A DNA stretch of 64,000 nt from positions 63,759 through 127,758 of IMG/VR virus record IMGVR_UViG_3300031857_000034; one strand, written 5' to 3'. Both the position numbers and the translations under genes were made by a program. The stretch's first letter is position 1, and each line of letters opens with the position of its first letter. Shown here piece by piece: positions 49,072-58,778 of the stretch. Origin of the DNA: a virus. The notes below the pieces were generated by a model. That model had not been told where the DNA came from, ran no database searches, and was given only the letters and a program-made list of their open reading frames with translations.

Positions 49072-50326
49072 ACTCTGCAGAGAGACCAAAGGGCGCTTGG
49101 CATCCGGGATTGCTATGAATGATCCAAACTGTGTCGCAGTAGTTGGGATCACCCCAGGAACCAAAAGGCAATCCGTCTGTGAACACCACCAGTTTCTTGG
49201 GCTCCACAGCCGAGTCCTTGAGATAATCAAAGATACAGGTAAAGTCTGTGCCACCACCACCCTTGACATCGTAGTCACAGATGTCATCCAAGTTATCGGA
49301 ATTGTAGGTAACAGGATTGTAGCAGTGGGTATCAAAAGTGACCACGTGGATTTTATAACTTTCAAAGGATTCCATGATGCCTTGGATCTCGCCCAAGAAG
49401 TCTTTGAGCATCTTGTCGCCAATGGATCCTGACGCATCAATGAACACAGCAATATCAATGGCGTCTTCGTTGCGCATACCTGGCATCACAGCGTCCATAT
49501 CCCAACCACGCCGGCTGGGACGCATCCAGGTAAAGTCGGTCTTGATAGTGCTCTGTAATTGCATACGAAGCAGTTCGCGCCAGTTCATCTTGGGCTCAGT
49601 GATGTCCTTGATCATACGAGCCACGCCTGCGGGAATGTTGCCAGCGCCGGCCTGATTGGCCGCATTTATCATGGCTTCTTTCATCTCGTCACGTATCTTT
49701 TGACGCTCTTCTTCGCTGAGCCGTGGACGGCCTTTGTTGCCTTTGCCGTCGCTGTTGCCTTCACTTTCGCCATCGTCGTCGTCGCCGTCCAAGTGTTCGT
49801 CGATGAGTTTGTCCAGCAAATCATTTAGACTGATCTTTTCAGCATTCTCGTACAGATAGTCATAGATCTGCTCCGATGACCAACCTTCAAACTTGGAGTC
49901 GTACAAGGCAGGTACCGTGGTAATCATCTCGCCCACGCGGTGTTTCTTCAAGTCAGCATTGACAGCATAGTCATTGGCGATGTTGAACAGTTGAGCATCA
50001 CGCTCGCCACGTCGCCCAAAGTGATCATAACAGCAATGGAGCACTTCGTGGCCAAACAAGAACTCTACTTCCTTGGGCTTGAGCATATCGATGAAACGGC
50101 TGTTGTAGTAAAAATTCCTGCCGTCGGTAGCGGCAGTGCTACACCATTCGTCGGCATTGGTCAGTTTGAGACGAGTAGCCAGGTTACCAAAGAAAGGTTG
50201 CTTGATCAACAGGCCCACGCGGCCGGTAATGAGTTTTTCACGGATCTTGACATCCAAGGCCCTATCTGTAGGACCCAAGAGATTAGCGAACTTTTGTTTT
50301 TTATTTTCTGTAGTTGCTGTGGACAT
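49049..50326 (-). CDS. VWA-domain putative metallopeptidase (DUF2201-like)
   Basis: TAATDG, HEVLH zincin motif, acidic linker, and DASGS MIDAS with GGGGTDF...VFTDG. Confidence 0.88.
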   Translation of the reverse strand: MSTATTENKKQKFANLLGPTDRALDVKIREKLITGRVGLLIKQPFFGNLATRLKLTNADEWCSTAATDGRNFYYNSRFIDMLKPKEVEFLFGHEVLHCCYDHFGRRGERDAQLFNIANDYAVNADLKKHRVGEMITTVPALYDSKFEGWSSEQIYDYLYENAEKISLNDLLDKLIDEHLDGDDDDGESEGNSDGKGNKGRPRLSEEERQKIRDEMKEAMINAANQAGAGNIPAGVARMIKDITEPKMNWRELLRMQLQSTIKTDFTWMRPSRRGWDMDAVMPGMRNEDAIDIAVFIDASGSIGDKMLKDFLGEIQGIMESFESYKIHVVTFDTHCYNPVTYNSDNLDDICDYDVKGGGGTDFTCIFDYLKDSAVEPKKLVVFTDGLPFGSWGDPNYCDTVWIIHSNPGCQAPFGLSAEYDKQDKH

Positions 50327-50349
50327 ATAGACTCCTAAGTATTTCTATT

Positions 50350-50378
50350 ATTATATTAGAATTTGATTTTTGGGTCAA
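50350..50378 (-). promoter_or_regulatory. sigma70-type promoter TTGACC-17-TATAAT
   Basis: -35 at 50373-50378 and -10 at 50350-50355, with an AGGAG RBS before ATG 50326. Confidence 0.8.
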
Positions 50379-50694
50379 CCTGGGTCTGCTCTGCATATTT
50401 AAGCAAGAATACACTGATCTCTTTGGGCGATTTAAGGTAGATGTAATGTCCCGATAGATGGTTGGTACGCCAGCACCATACCGGTTTGTCATCGTTGCCA
50501 TACACCGCAAACATTTCATCAAGATCGGCACTCCAGCCAAAGGCCTGCCAAAGGTAAGCCCTGGCTTCGGCAAAGCATTTCATACTGGCTCTACCTTCTA
50601 TGGGATTGCGCTGGTGCAGTCGCTCAGCACGATAACCGTAGATATGATTTCCAGAATGTCTACGGTCTAAGGCTTGTAGTTTGAAAATGATCAT
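50356..50694 (-). CDS. Hypothetical protein (112 aa)
   Basis: Co-oriented ORF between the ATPase and VWA genes. Confidence 0.6.
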   Translation of the reverse strand: MIIFKLQALDRRHSGNHIYGYRAERLHQRNPIEGRASMKCFAEARAYLWQAFGWSADLDEMFAVYGNDDKPVWCWRTNHLSGHYIYLKSPKEISVFLLKYAEQTQVDPKIKF

Positions 50695-50704
50695 AGCGAG
50701 AGGT

Positions 50705-50751
50705 GGGAGCGGGTTTCGTAACAGCCTGTGTCCGAGCAGGCACCCGCTCCC
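50705..50751 (-). other. Intergenic bulged stem-loop
   Basis: GGGAGCGGGT/ACCCGCTCCC (10 bp) plus GCCTG/CAGGC (5 bp) with a 9-nt bulge. No U-tract. Confidence 0.6.
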
Positions 50752-50759
50752 TGAGCCTT

Positions 50760-51851
50760 TTAGTTGGCTGCCTGGAGGATGTACTTGCCAAACTTCTTGT
50801 AGAACTCGTCAAAGTTCTTGAGTTTGGTAGTTTCAAAGGGCAGTTCGTACACAGTCAATGCCACACGAGCACCCATGACAGTGAGCTCTGTTTCAAAGTT
50901 CGCCATCATATAGCCCAAGAAGTTATCGACCTTTTTGTTCCACTCTTCTTTGCTCTTGGAGTCTTTGGCACGGCCAAGGCCCTCTTTGAGTTCATAGCAG
51001 AGACTGGTAACCAAACTGTACATTGCCGACACTTCCTTCACCTGCAGATCCTTGACTTTGCCGTCTAGGATGTCTTCAGGCTGGGGCATCTTGGCAGATA
51101 CTTTGCGGTGAGCCATAAACTTCACAGCCAAGCCCTCGCCCACAGTACCAGCGATGAGATTCATCAGCGTGTCATCATCTTCTTCGTCGTCCAGCAATTG
51201 GCTCACAAAGGTCCAGGAACGCGGTGTAGCAAACGAGCGTGATGCCGATTTAGCATCAAAGTCGTACAAGTCGCCCTTGGCAAAACTCAGGTAACCTACC
51301 ACGTCTTTGTGGATGCGATTCAGCACAGCCCACTCTTGCCAGGAGTTGAAATCCACTTTCATTTCCTGGTGGATAAAGCGATTGGCCAAGGGCGTGGGCA
51401 TACGATAAGTCACGCCCTTGTCTGAGTCACGGTTACCAGCGGCCACGATTACCACATTGTCGGGCAGTCGATACTTGCCAATGCGACGGTTAAGTGTCAA
51501 CTGATATGCCGCGGCCTGTACCGACGGAGCGGCCGAGTTCATCTCGTCCAAGAACAAGATAACGATGGGATACTGGCTGGCCAATTCTTCGTCGGGCAGG
51601 TCCACGGGCGCGGCCCAGTCCATCTTGTTCAAGTCTTTGTTGTAAAACGGAATGCCACGCAAGTCGGTGGGCTCCATCTGCGCCAGGCGCAGGTCAATCA
51701 TATAGCCATTCATCTCAGTGGCAATGTTCTCCACCAGTTCAGACTTGCCAATGCCTGGAGGACCCCACAAGAACAGTGGGCGCTTGGATTTAAAGCACCG
51801 CAGGATACTCTTGCGGGCTTGCTTACTGGTTACGGTACGGGCTTCGGACAT
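50760..51851 (-). CDS. MoxR-like AAA+ ATPase
   Basis: Walker A GPPGIGKS, Walker B ILFLDEMN, AAGNR, PLANRF, ATPRSW. Confidence 0.9.
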   Translation of the reverse strand: MSEARTVTSKQARKSILRCFKSKRPLFLWGPPGIGKSELVENIATEMNGYMIDLRLAQMEPTDLRGIPFYNKDLNKMDWAAPVDLPDEELASQYPIVILFLDEMNSAAPSVQAAAYQLTLNRRIGKYRLPDNVVIVAAGNRDSDKGVTYRMPTPLANRFIHQEMKVDFNSWQEWAVLNRIHKDVVGYLSFAKGDLYDFDAKSASRSFATPRSWTFVSQLLDDEEDDDTLMNLIAGTVGEGLAVKFMAHRKVSAKMPQPEDILDGKVKDLQVKEVSAMYSLVTSLCYELKEGLGRAKDSKSKEEWNKKVDNFLGYMMANFETELTVMGARVALTVYELPFETTKLKNFDEFYKKFGKYILQAAN

Positions 51852-51884
51852 ACACTACTCCTATCAAGTTACGGTTGAAATGCT

Positions 51885-51913
51885 AGTATAACGATTGTTG
51901 ATTTTTCAGTCAA
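51885..51913 (-). promoter_or_regulatory. sigma70-type promoter TTGACT-17-TATACT
   Basis: -35 at 51908-51913 and -10 at 51885-51890, with an AGGAG RBS before ATG 51851. Confidence 0.8.
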
Positions 51914-52030
51914 CTGAATAAAAGTACAAAAAACCAAAAACCCACTGTCAGTATCAAAAATGCCACAATCACGGCAAATGGTAACAGCACAAGAAATTTC
52001 ACCATTTTTAAAAACATTGATGTCTCCGAC

Positions 52031-52294
52031 TTAGGCGCCGTCGTACTCGTAGAACTTTACGGCAGGGTCTAACTTCTGCAGTTCACGAGCCACTGTTGTC
52101 AGTGTGCGATAACGACTGGCCACTGATTCGCGCGGCAGTTCGCCATCGCAGGTCAAGTTCTCGGGCGACAGTTCGGCGTCAATGCTATCAGCCAAAGATT
52201 GACGGTCCTGTGCTGAGTCGAGACTGAGAGCAGGACTGCCAAAGATTGCGCGATAACGATTTTTATGCACTAGGTAAACTTGTAAAGCGGACAT
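52031..52294 (-). CDS. Hypothetical phage protein (LSPENLTCDGE motif)
   Basis: ATG at 52294 with an AGGAG RBS. Confidence 0.65.
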   Translation of the reverse strand: MSALQVYLVHKNRYRAIFGSPALSLDSAQDRQSLADSIDAELSPENLTCDGELPRESVASRYRTLTTVARELQKLDPAVKFYEYDGA

Positions 52295-52319
52295 TTGATC
52301 TCCTGATTGATATTTGAAA

Positions 52320-52706
52320 TTAGCCAAACTTCCGGGTTTTCTTTGAGAAGGCTGCTTTGGCCCAGGCACGCTCTGACATACCTTGGTTAGAAAGTATGAA
52401 GCCACCACCGTCCACAAGGTCACAATACTTGATGATGAGATCTGAACCCGCGGCCTGTAATGCAGAGTTCATCTTGGCTACGGCATACTCAACTCCAGAG
52501 GAAAATGCTGTGAACTCATCCTCGGTGGTTTCATAGAAGTCAAAGTAACCCTGCATGGCTTCTTCGTACTCTGTGGCATCTGCTACCAGGAAATTGTTGA
52601 ACACCTGCCAGTCTTTCTGGCTGTCCATATCCCAGTTCTCTGCGGCTTCGTTAACGTCAAACGATTCAAACTGCAAGTCTAGCACAAGTTCTTGAGTTGA
52701 AGGCAT
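52320..52706 (-). CDS. Hypothetical acidic protein
   Basis: 128 aa with an AAGGAG RBS, downstream of a sigma70 promoter. Confidence 0.7.
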   Translation of the reverse strand: MPSTQELVLDLQFESFDVNEAAENWDMDSQKDWQVFNNFLVADATEYEEAMQGYFDFYETTEDEFTAFSSGVEYAVAKMNSALQAAGSDLIIKYCDLVDGGGFILSNQGMSERAWAKAAFSKKTRKFG

Positions 52707-52738
52707 TTTGTTGGCTCCTTTTTATTTACTATACCCAT

Positions 52739-52767
52739 AGTATAGCAGATCTGGAGTTTTTGGTCAA
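52739..52767 (-). promoter_or_regulatory. sigma70-type promoter TTGACC-17-TATACT
   Basis: -35 at 52762-52767 and -10 at 52739-52744. Confidence 0.8.
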
Positions 52768-52808
52768 CTTTGGGTGTTGCGTAAAAACAACACTATTTTA
52801 CACAGGTC

Positions 52809-54128
52809 TTAGGCGTATAAACTAAGGAATCCTTGGACCTTTTCACCAATGTAGGCAATCTGCTCGGGAGTGATCACAGGTGACGTGCCGTGGAAGTAGG
52901 TGTTGGTCATGGCCTGTGTGGCATTGGGAAAGTCGTCCCTGGCCCTAACAGGATCCATCAAGTGGCTATAAGCAGGTTGCAGCATGACATTGCCTGCAAA
53001 GTAAGGCCGAGTCTGGATCAGGTTATCTTCCAAGTAGTCTACGATGTCGGTGCGTTTGAAAGGCGCATCTTTGCGAATGGTTATGGGAAATGCAAACCAG
53101 CTGGGATTGCTTTTGGCACGAGCACGTGGCAAGTGGAAGAACTCTTCGTAGGGTTGATAGATATCAAACAGCAGTTGATAATTGCGACGACGCAGTTGAT
53201 GTATCTCTGGCAGTTTGTTCAACTGTTGCAGTCCCATGGCACATTGTAATTCAATGGGCTTGAGATTGTAACCGATTTCATCGTAAACATACTTGTGATC
53301 AAAGATCTCTCCGGCCATGCAAGGTACCCACTCTGAGAATCGTTTGCCGCAAGTGCCACATTTGAGTTTGTTGGCCTCGGGACCAACACAGTAACAACCG
53401 CGACCCCATTCGCGTAAACTGCGCAGGATCACATCTTGATTCACATCTGACGTGGCCACAAAGCCACCTTCGCCCATGGTCATATGATGTGCTGGATAAA
53501 AACTACAGGAGGCCATGAGTCCATAAGATCCCAGGGGTTGATCATCATAGGTAGAGCCCAATGCGTCACAGCAGTCTTCTAACAGTATGAGATTGTGATG
53601 CTTGACTATCTGCATGAGTCTATCCATGTCTGGTGGATTGCCCAGCACGTGGGCAAATGTGATCACACGGATGTCGGGATTTTTTTCTAAAGTCTGCTCA
53701 ACCTGTGCTAGATCCAAATTCAGTGTATCTAATTCGATGTCAACAAACACAGGTTCAAATCCTACCTGTAGCGTGGGATTGAGTGTGGTTGGAAATCCTG
53801 CTATAGGAATCAATACCTTGGTTCCACGTGGCAAGTGATGGCCACGCTTGCTGGTCAACGATGACATCATCAAGAGATTGCTGGAAGAACCCGAGTTGGT
53901 CACGATGCCAAGATTCTTGCCAAAGTATTGCGGAAAGGCTCGTTCAAATTCTAGGCCCTTGCCGCCCATGGCCAACCAACCAGACAGCAGTGATTCAACT
54001 CCGGCCACAAACTCTTGGCTGTCGTAGTATGCGCCAGCATAGTTCACAAAGTCCCGACCTGCCACCCAGGTCTTGGCTGCTTGTTTTTGATCGATGTAGT
54101 GTTTGACTTGATCTAGTATTTCTTTCAT
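52809..54128 (-). CDS. rfbH: NDP-4-keto-6-deoxyglucose 3-dehydratase (E1/RfbH, DegT fold)
   Basis: NSGSSSNLL, EDCCDALG, SFYPAHHMTMGEGG with His in place of the Schiff-base Lys, and the Cys cluster CYC...CGTC. ATG at 54128. Confidence 0.88.
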   Translation of the reverse strand: MKEILDQVKHYIDQKQAAKTWVAGRDFVNYAGAYYDSQEFVAGVESLLSGWLAMGGKGLEFERAFPQYFGKNLGIVTNSGSSSNLLMMSSLTSKRGHHLPRGTKVLIPIAGFPTTLNPTLQVGFEPVFVDIELDTLNLDLAQVEQTLEKNPDIRVITFAHVLGNPPDMDRLMQIVKHHNLILLEDCCDALGSTYDDQPLGSYGLMASCSFYPAHHMTMGEGGFVATSDVNQDVILRSLREWGRGCYCVGPEANKLKCGTCGKRFSEWVPCMAGEIFDHKYVYDEIGYNLKPIELQCAMGLQQLNKLPEIHQLRRRNYQLLFDIYQPYEEFFHLPRARAKSNPSWFAFPITIRKDAPFKRTDIVDYLEDNLIQTRPYFAGNVMLQPAYSHLMDPVRARDDFPNATQAMTNTYFHGTSPVITPEQIAYIGEKVQGFLSLYA

Positions 54129-55291
54129 AATTTCCTCATGGATGTATTGATACGTTGCAGTGCTTCTCGTATGTTGGCTTTGCTGTTGGCATAACACAGT
54201 CTTAGATAACCTTCGCTGTTGGCACCAAAACAAGTGCCAGGCAATAGTGCTACTCCGGCATCCTCCAACAGATACTCTGCCAATGCATCACTGGTCATGC
54301 CAGTGGCTTTGATATTAGGGAATACATAAAATGCGCCATCGGGTGTGAGACAATTGAATCCCGGTATGCTGTTCAAGCCCGCAACCAGTAGATCTCTGCG
54401 AGCACGATACTCCTGCATCATGGCAGCAACTTCACTTTGGTCTCCGTTGATGGCACGAATACCAGCACGTTGGATAAATGGTTGTACGCAACTGGCCACA
54501 GTTTGTAACAGTGCCGCCATGCGTTCTACTACTACTTCTGGGCCAACCAGTGTGCCTAGCCGCCAGCCGGTCATGGCAAAACTTTTGCTAAATCCGTTGC
54601 TGAGTATCACGTGTTCGCGGCACTGATCATATACACTGGGACTGTAAAACACATCACCATAACTCATACGTGCATAGATCTCATCGCTGTAGAGATACAC
54701 ATCGTTGCCGACCGCTATGTCATAGACTGCGCGAACTTCTTGTTGTGTCATGACCGATCCAGTGGGATTGTGCGGTGTGTTGATAATGATCAATCTAGTA
54801 CGATCGGTTATGGCTGCTTCAATATCTTTGGGATCCATGCGAAACTGATTTTCTTCTTTCAATCTCACTGGCACAGCCTTGGCACCCAGCATCTTTATCA
54901 CACTGTAGTAGGTACTGAATCCTGGATCGGGCACGATCACTTCCATGCCGGGTTCAACCAAGCACATGACAGCATAATATATCTGTGTGTTGGCACCGGG
55001 CGTGACCAACACCTGCGACAAGTCAGGTTCAAAGCCTCGACTGCGTTGTGTGGCAAAACGAATGGCTTCTCTGAACTCTGGCAGTCCATAACTGCTGGTA
55101 TAGTGAGTGTGCCCAGCACGTAGACTTTCTATGGCCGCGTCAGTGACATTGGTAGGTGTACCAAAGTCTGGATCGCCTATCTCCAAATGTATGATGTCTT
55201 GGCCTTGGGCTTCTAAGCGACGTGCGCGATCCAACACCCTAAACATAGGTTGTCCGTCGATGCGCAGTGCGGCCTGTGTTATTTCTTTCAT
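54125..55291 (-). CDS. PLP-dependent aminotransferase, class I/II
   Basis: NTPHNPTG, SDEIY, GFSKSFAMTGWRLG, GAFY, YLRL. Confidence 0.92.
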   Translation of the reverse strand: MKEITQAALRIDGQPMFRVLDRARRLEAQGQDIIHLEIGDPDFGTPTNVTDAAIESLRAGHTHYTSSYGLPEFREAIRFATQRSRGFEPDLSQVLVTPGANTQIYYAVMCLVEPGMEVIVPDPGFSTYYSVIKMLGAKAVPVRLKEENQFRMDPKDIEAAITDRTRLIIINTPHNPTGSVMTQQEVRAVYDIAVGNDVYLYSDEIYARMSYGDVFYSPSVYDQCREHVILSNGFSKSFAMTGWRLGTLVGPEVVVERMAALLQTVASCVQPFIQRAGIRAINGDQSEVAAMMQEYRARRDLLVAGLNSIPGFNCLTPDGAFYVFPNIKATGMTSDALAEYLLEDAGVALLPGTCFGANSEGYLRLCYANSKANIREALQRINTSMRKL

Positions 55292-55292
55292 T

Positions 55293-56240
55293 TTACCAAA
55301 CAAAGTTATCTTGATAATATTTTACTATATTTGTTAACTCGTTGTCAAATAGTGCAGTGGCACGCCAACCCAGAGTCTGCAGTTTGGTGTCATCTATGGC
55401 ATAACGAACATCCTGACCGGGTCTGGTCATGTGCTCGAGGTATTGTTCTATGTTGTTGCTGGTGCCTTTGATTTGGGTCACTATCTTGTTGATAACTTCG
55501 ATGTTGGCACACTCGTGGTTACCAGAAATATTGTATATTTCATTTTTGACTCCGGCATCAATTACGGTCAACACAGCATTGGCAGTGTCCGAAACGTGCA
55601 ACCAGGTACGGCGTGGAGTGCCGTTTTGATGTATATCGATGCAACGACCCAATGAAAGATACTTGACACTTTTGGGAATGAGTTTTTCCACATACTGTCC
55701 AATACCATAATTGTTGGTAGGCCGTAGAATGATGTAAGGAACACCATAGGTCCTGCCATAACTTGTGACCAAGTGATCAGCAGCTGCCTTGGTGGCCGAA
55801 TAAGGATTGCTGGGTTTCAACAGATCTGACTCAGAATGTGCGCCAACTTCAATGTCGCCGTACACTTCATCTGTGCTAAAATGCAGCATCACAGGCATGG
55901 TGAACAGACTTTTCTGTCTGATCAGTTCCAGCAGATGATGCACACCGTTGATGTTGGACTCTAGAAACACTTTGCTAGATACAATGCTGTTGTCCACGTG
56001 AGTCTCTGCAGCAGTGTTGATAACATAATCGCAATCTACCAAACGCTCTAGATCGTTGATGTCACTGGCAATGAATTTGAAATTTTGATGGCGTTCAAGA
56101 TTGGCCAACAGATTCCAATTGGCACAGTAAGTACCTTTGTCCACACCCAAGACATACCAGCCACGATTCAAGCAGGCCTGTGTGACATGATAGCCAATGA
56201 AGCCCAAACATCCTGTGACGTACACAACTCTTTTTCTCAT
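55293..56240 (-). CDS. dTDP/NDP-glucose 4,6-dehydratase (RmlB-like)
   Basis: TGCLGFIG, AAETHVDNS, STDEVYG, PYSATKA, NNYG, RPGQDVRY. Confidence 0.9.
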   Translation of the reverse strand: MRKRVVYVTGCLGFIGYHVTQACLNRGWYVLGVDKGTYCANWNLLANLERHQNFKFIASDINDLERLVDCDYVINTAAETHVDNSIVSSKVFLESNINGVHHLLELIRQKSLFTMPVMLHFSTDEVYGDIEVGAHSESDLLKPSNPYSATKAAADHLVTSYGRTYGVPYIILRPTNNYGIGQYVEKLIPKSVKYLSLGRCIDIHQNGTPRRTWLHVSDTANAVLTVIDAGVKNEIYNISGNHECANIEVINKIVTQIKGTSNNIEQYLEHMTRPGQDVRYAIDDTKLQTLGWRATALFDNELTNIVKYYQDNFVW

Positions 56241-57034
56241 TGATACAGTTCCAATCCTTGATCTAGGCCCGCTAGATCAATGCCCATCTCGGCCAATGCA
56301 GTACCATCGCCGGTGTAGTTTTTTGGATCCGCAGGTATCTGCACTTCTATGCGCAGTTTATTATTATGTATGCTGGCAAAACGCCTGACAATACTTTCTA
56401 GATCGTGTTTGTGCTGATACACGCAGTTGATATCCTGCGGTAAATTATCGTTCTCAATGTAGTAGCGCAACACACGCAGGAAATCACTGGCTGAGATCAT
56501 GTCAAACTCTGCGTTCTGCACCGTGATCTCTGTCTGTTGAAGGCACCTTTTGAGTAATCTAAAGTCTGGCTCTGTGCTGTCAAACACACCAAACAGTCGT
56601 ATGGTGTAAAAATTGTCAACCATCTGGCAGGTTCTAGCAATGATATTTTTGCTCAAGGAATAACTGTCTTGTGGAGCACTTGTCAAGATTTCAGACTCCC
56701 GAGCGCGATCAATGGATTTGGACTTGTCAAACTCTGCCCCAGAACCTATGTTTATGAACTTGCTGAATCTATGCCTGAGATTGTAGAAGTTTAAAAAGAT
56801 AGCGAGATTGTTTTGTAGATCTTGATAGTTGCAATCGCCCAGGCGAGTCTTGCCACCAGCAGTGGCACAATTGACTACAACATCGGGCTGATAAAGATCT
56901 ATCCAATCACTGACGCTGGTATAGTCAGTCAAGGTTACGGTGCTTCTAGATACAGGGTAGACAACGTGATTGCGTAGATTGAGACAGATGTAGCTGCCTA
57001 GAAAGCCGCTGGCTCCCAATACTGCTACTTTCAC
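56237..57034 (-). CDS. NAD-dependent epimerase/reductase (extended SDR)
   Basis: GASGFLG, GSGAEF, YSLSK. Confidence 0.85.
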   Translation of the reverse strand: MKVAVLGASGFLGSYICLNLRNHVVYPVSRSTVTLTDYTSVSDWIDLYQPDVVVNCATAGGKTRLGDCNYQDLQNNLAIFLNFYNLRHRFSKFINIGSGAEFDKSKSIDRARESEILTSAPQDSYSLSKNIIARTCQMVDNFYTIRLFGVFDSTEPDFRLLKRCLQQTEITVQNAEFDMISASDFLRVLRYYIENDNLPQDINCVYQHKHDLESIVRRFASIHNNKLRIEVQIPADPKNYTGDGTALAEMGIDLAGLDQGLELYQ

Positions 57035-57768
57035 GATATCTCCGCTATCATCTCCTGGGCTAATTCTTCATCGCTTAGGAAAGGAGCCATGTCGTGCAAA
57101 CCTGCTTGCTTGCCGTCTTTTAAGGCCTGGCTGGGCTGTATCTCTTGTTCTGTGGTGCAGATGCAGTCAATGATCTTAGGACCTGGCACACCAAACCAGG
57201 CCTTGAAATGGTCAAGGTCTTGTTGTGTTTCTGCGCGGTAATAGTTGAGTTCAAAGGCCTGTGCGATGCGATCAAAGTCAGGAAACCACAGACCGGTATC
57301 ACTACTGGTGCCATACACACGACCTTGGAAGTATTTCTGTTGCGTGTTCTTGATGCTGAGATATCCACGATTGTTCAAAATAACAAAAGCGATGTTTAAC
57401 TCATACTCTCTGGCCACAGCCAACTCTTGTATGTTGCTCATGAAACTGCCATCGCCAATGATGCTGATCACTGGCTGGTTGCTGGCAATGGCAACTCCAA
57501 TGGCAGCAGGCAATGCCCAGCCCATGTCAGCCTGCGCCGGACTAAACACCATGCGCTGTCCTGATTTGGGATTGAGTGCCACTGGTCCTGTGTAACTGAT
57601 GCTGCCAGCATCGCCCATCAAGACCTGATCGGACGAACTGTGCTGATTCACAGCATCTAACACAGCATAAAGATTCAATCCATTGCTGTCATCTCTAAAT
57701 TGATCTTGCATGACTGGCCATTTATGTTTCCAGTGCTGGCAGCGCTCAATCCATTGCTGTCTTGTCAT
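57031..57768 (-). CDS. ThDP-dependent enzyme, C-terminal (PP) half; acetolactate-synthase/YerE-like
   Basis: MGWALPAAIG and the GDGSFM...ILNN ThDP-binding motif. Confidence 0.85.
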   Translation of the reverse strand: MTRQQWIERCQHWKHKWPVMQDQFRDDSNGLNLYAVLDAVNQHSSSDQVLMGDAGSISYTGPVALNPKSGQRMVFSPAQADMGWALPAAIGVAIASNQPVISIIGDGSFMSNIQELAVAREYELNIAFVILNNRGYLSIKNTQQKYFQGRVYGTSSDTGLWFPDFDRIAQAFELNYYRAETQQDLDHFKAWFGVPGPKIIDCICTTEQEIQPSQALKDGKQAGLHDMAPFLSDEELAQEMIAEIS

Positions 57769-58778
57769 AGCATACCTCGAAAGAAATCTCCTAGATCCAT
57801 CTGCAGATTTACGTCCACGTGGACTATGTCTTTGGCCAATTCATTGCCGTCGATATCCACTGCGATTTTAAAACTCACAGGACTAAACTGCCGAGGATCA
57901 TAGCCTATCACACTGGCGTTTAAACTGGACCCCAGGATCAGTAACAGATCTGCGTTTTGCATAGCAAAGTTTCCTGCCCGACTGCCGCGCTGACCCACTG
58001 TGCCAATGTTCAACGGGTGTGAGTGTTCGGCATAATCTCTGGCACCGTAGGTTCCCACATAAGGGATTTGATATTTTTCTACAAATTGTAAAAATTGATC
58101 AACGGTTCCGCTTTGTCTTACGCCATAGCCAGCCAAGACTATGGGACGTTCTGCCACAGCCAGTGCTCCACGAACAGCATCAAAATCATACTGCAAGGGT
58201 TCAGTTGGTACAGGACCTGTGTAGTGTCTTGGATCATCGGGCATGGCCATGGTTTGTATATTACCTGGTATGTCTATCCAAACCGGACCAGGTCTGTCGG
58301 CAGTCATGAGGTGCCAAGCATATTCTAGTGTGATAGGTACATCTCTAGCATCGGTAATAAAATGACTCATCTTGGTCATTGATTGATAGGTATCTACCAC
58401 ATGATGTTCTTGGATACCGTACTTGCGGATATGGATGTTTTTGGTGTCGTTGATCCAACCCGAGCAAGTGTCTAGTCTCACATTTCCCGAAAGAAATAGC
58501 ACAGGCACAGAATCTTGCCAAGCATTCAGCACACTGGTGGCACAGTTGGTTCCGGCACAACCGGTTGTGGGATTCACTACAGATATTTTTCCAGTGATCT
58601 TGCTTTCGCCAATGGCAGCGTGCCCGGCACCTTGCTCGTGATGATAGCAGATGTACTTTATTTTGCCGTTCTTGATAAATCCATCGTTGAGACCTGCAGC
58701 TCCACCTCCCATGAGACCGTGTACATATGTTACTCCACGATCATATAGGAATTGAGCTATCCAGTCACATACTCTCAT
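57765..58778 (-). CDS. ThDP-dependent enzyme, N-terminal (Pyr plus middle domain) half
   Basis: HHEQGAGHAA, RPGPVWIDIP, ADLLLILGS. Confidence 0.85.
   Translation of the reverse strand: MRVCDWIAQFLYDRGVTYVHGLMGGGAAGLNDGFIKNGKIKYICYHHEQGAGHAAIGESKITGKISVVNPTTGCAGTNCATSVLNAWQDSVPVLFLSGNVRLDTCSGWINDTKNIHIRKYGIQEHHVVDTYQSMTKMSHFITDARDVPITLEYAWHLMTADRPGPVWIDIPGNIQTMAMPDDPRHYTGPVPTEPLQYDFDAVRGALAVAERPIVLAGYGVRQSGTVDQFLQFVEKYQIPYVGTYGARDYAEHSHPLNIGTVGQRGSRAGNFAMQNADLLLILGSSLNASVIGYDPRQFSPVSFKIAVDIDGNELAKDIVHVDVNLQMDLGDFFRGML

Noticed and set aside
48799-49458. 219-aa ORF as given in the ORF track
   Set aside because: Its N-terminal 129 aa overlap the VWA gene out of frame. Only the 90 aa from ATG 49071 look real.
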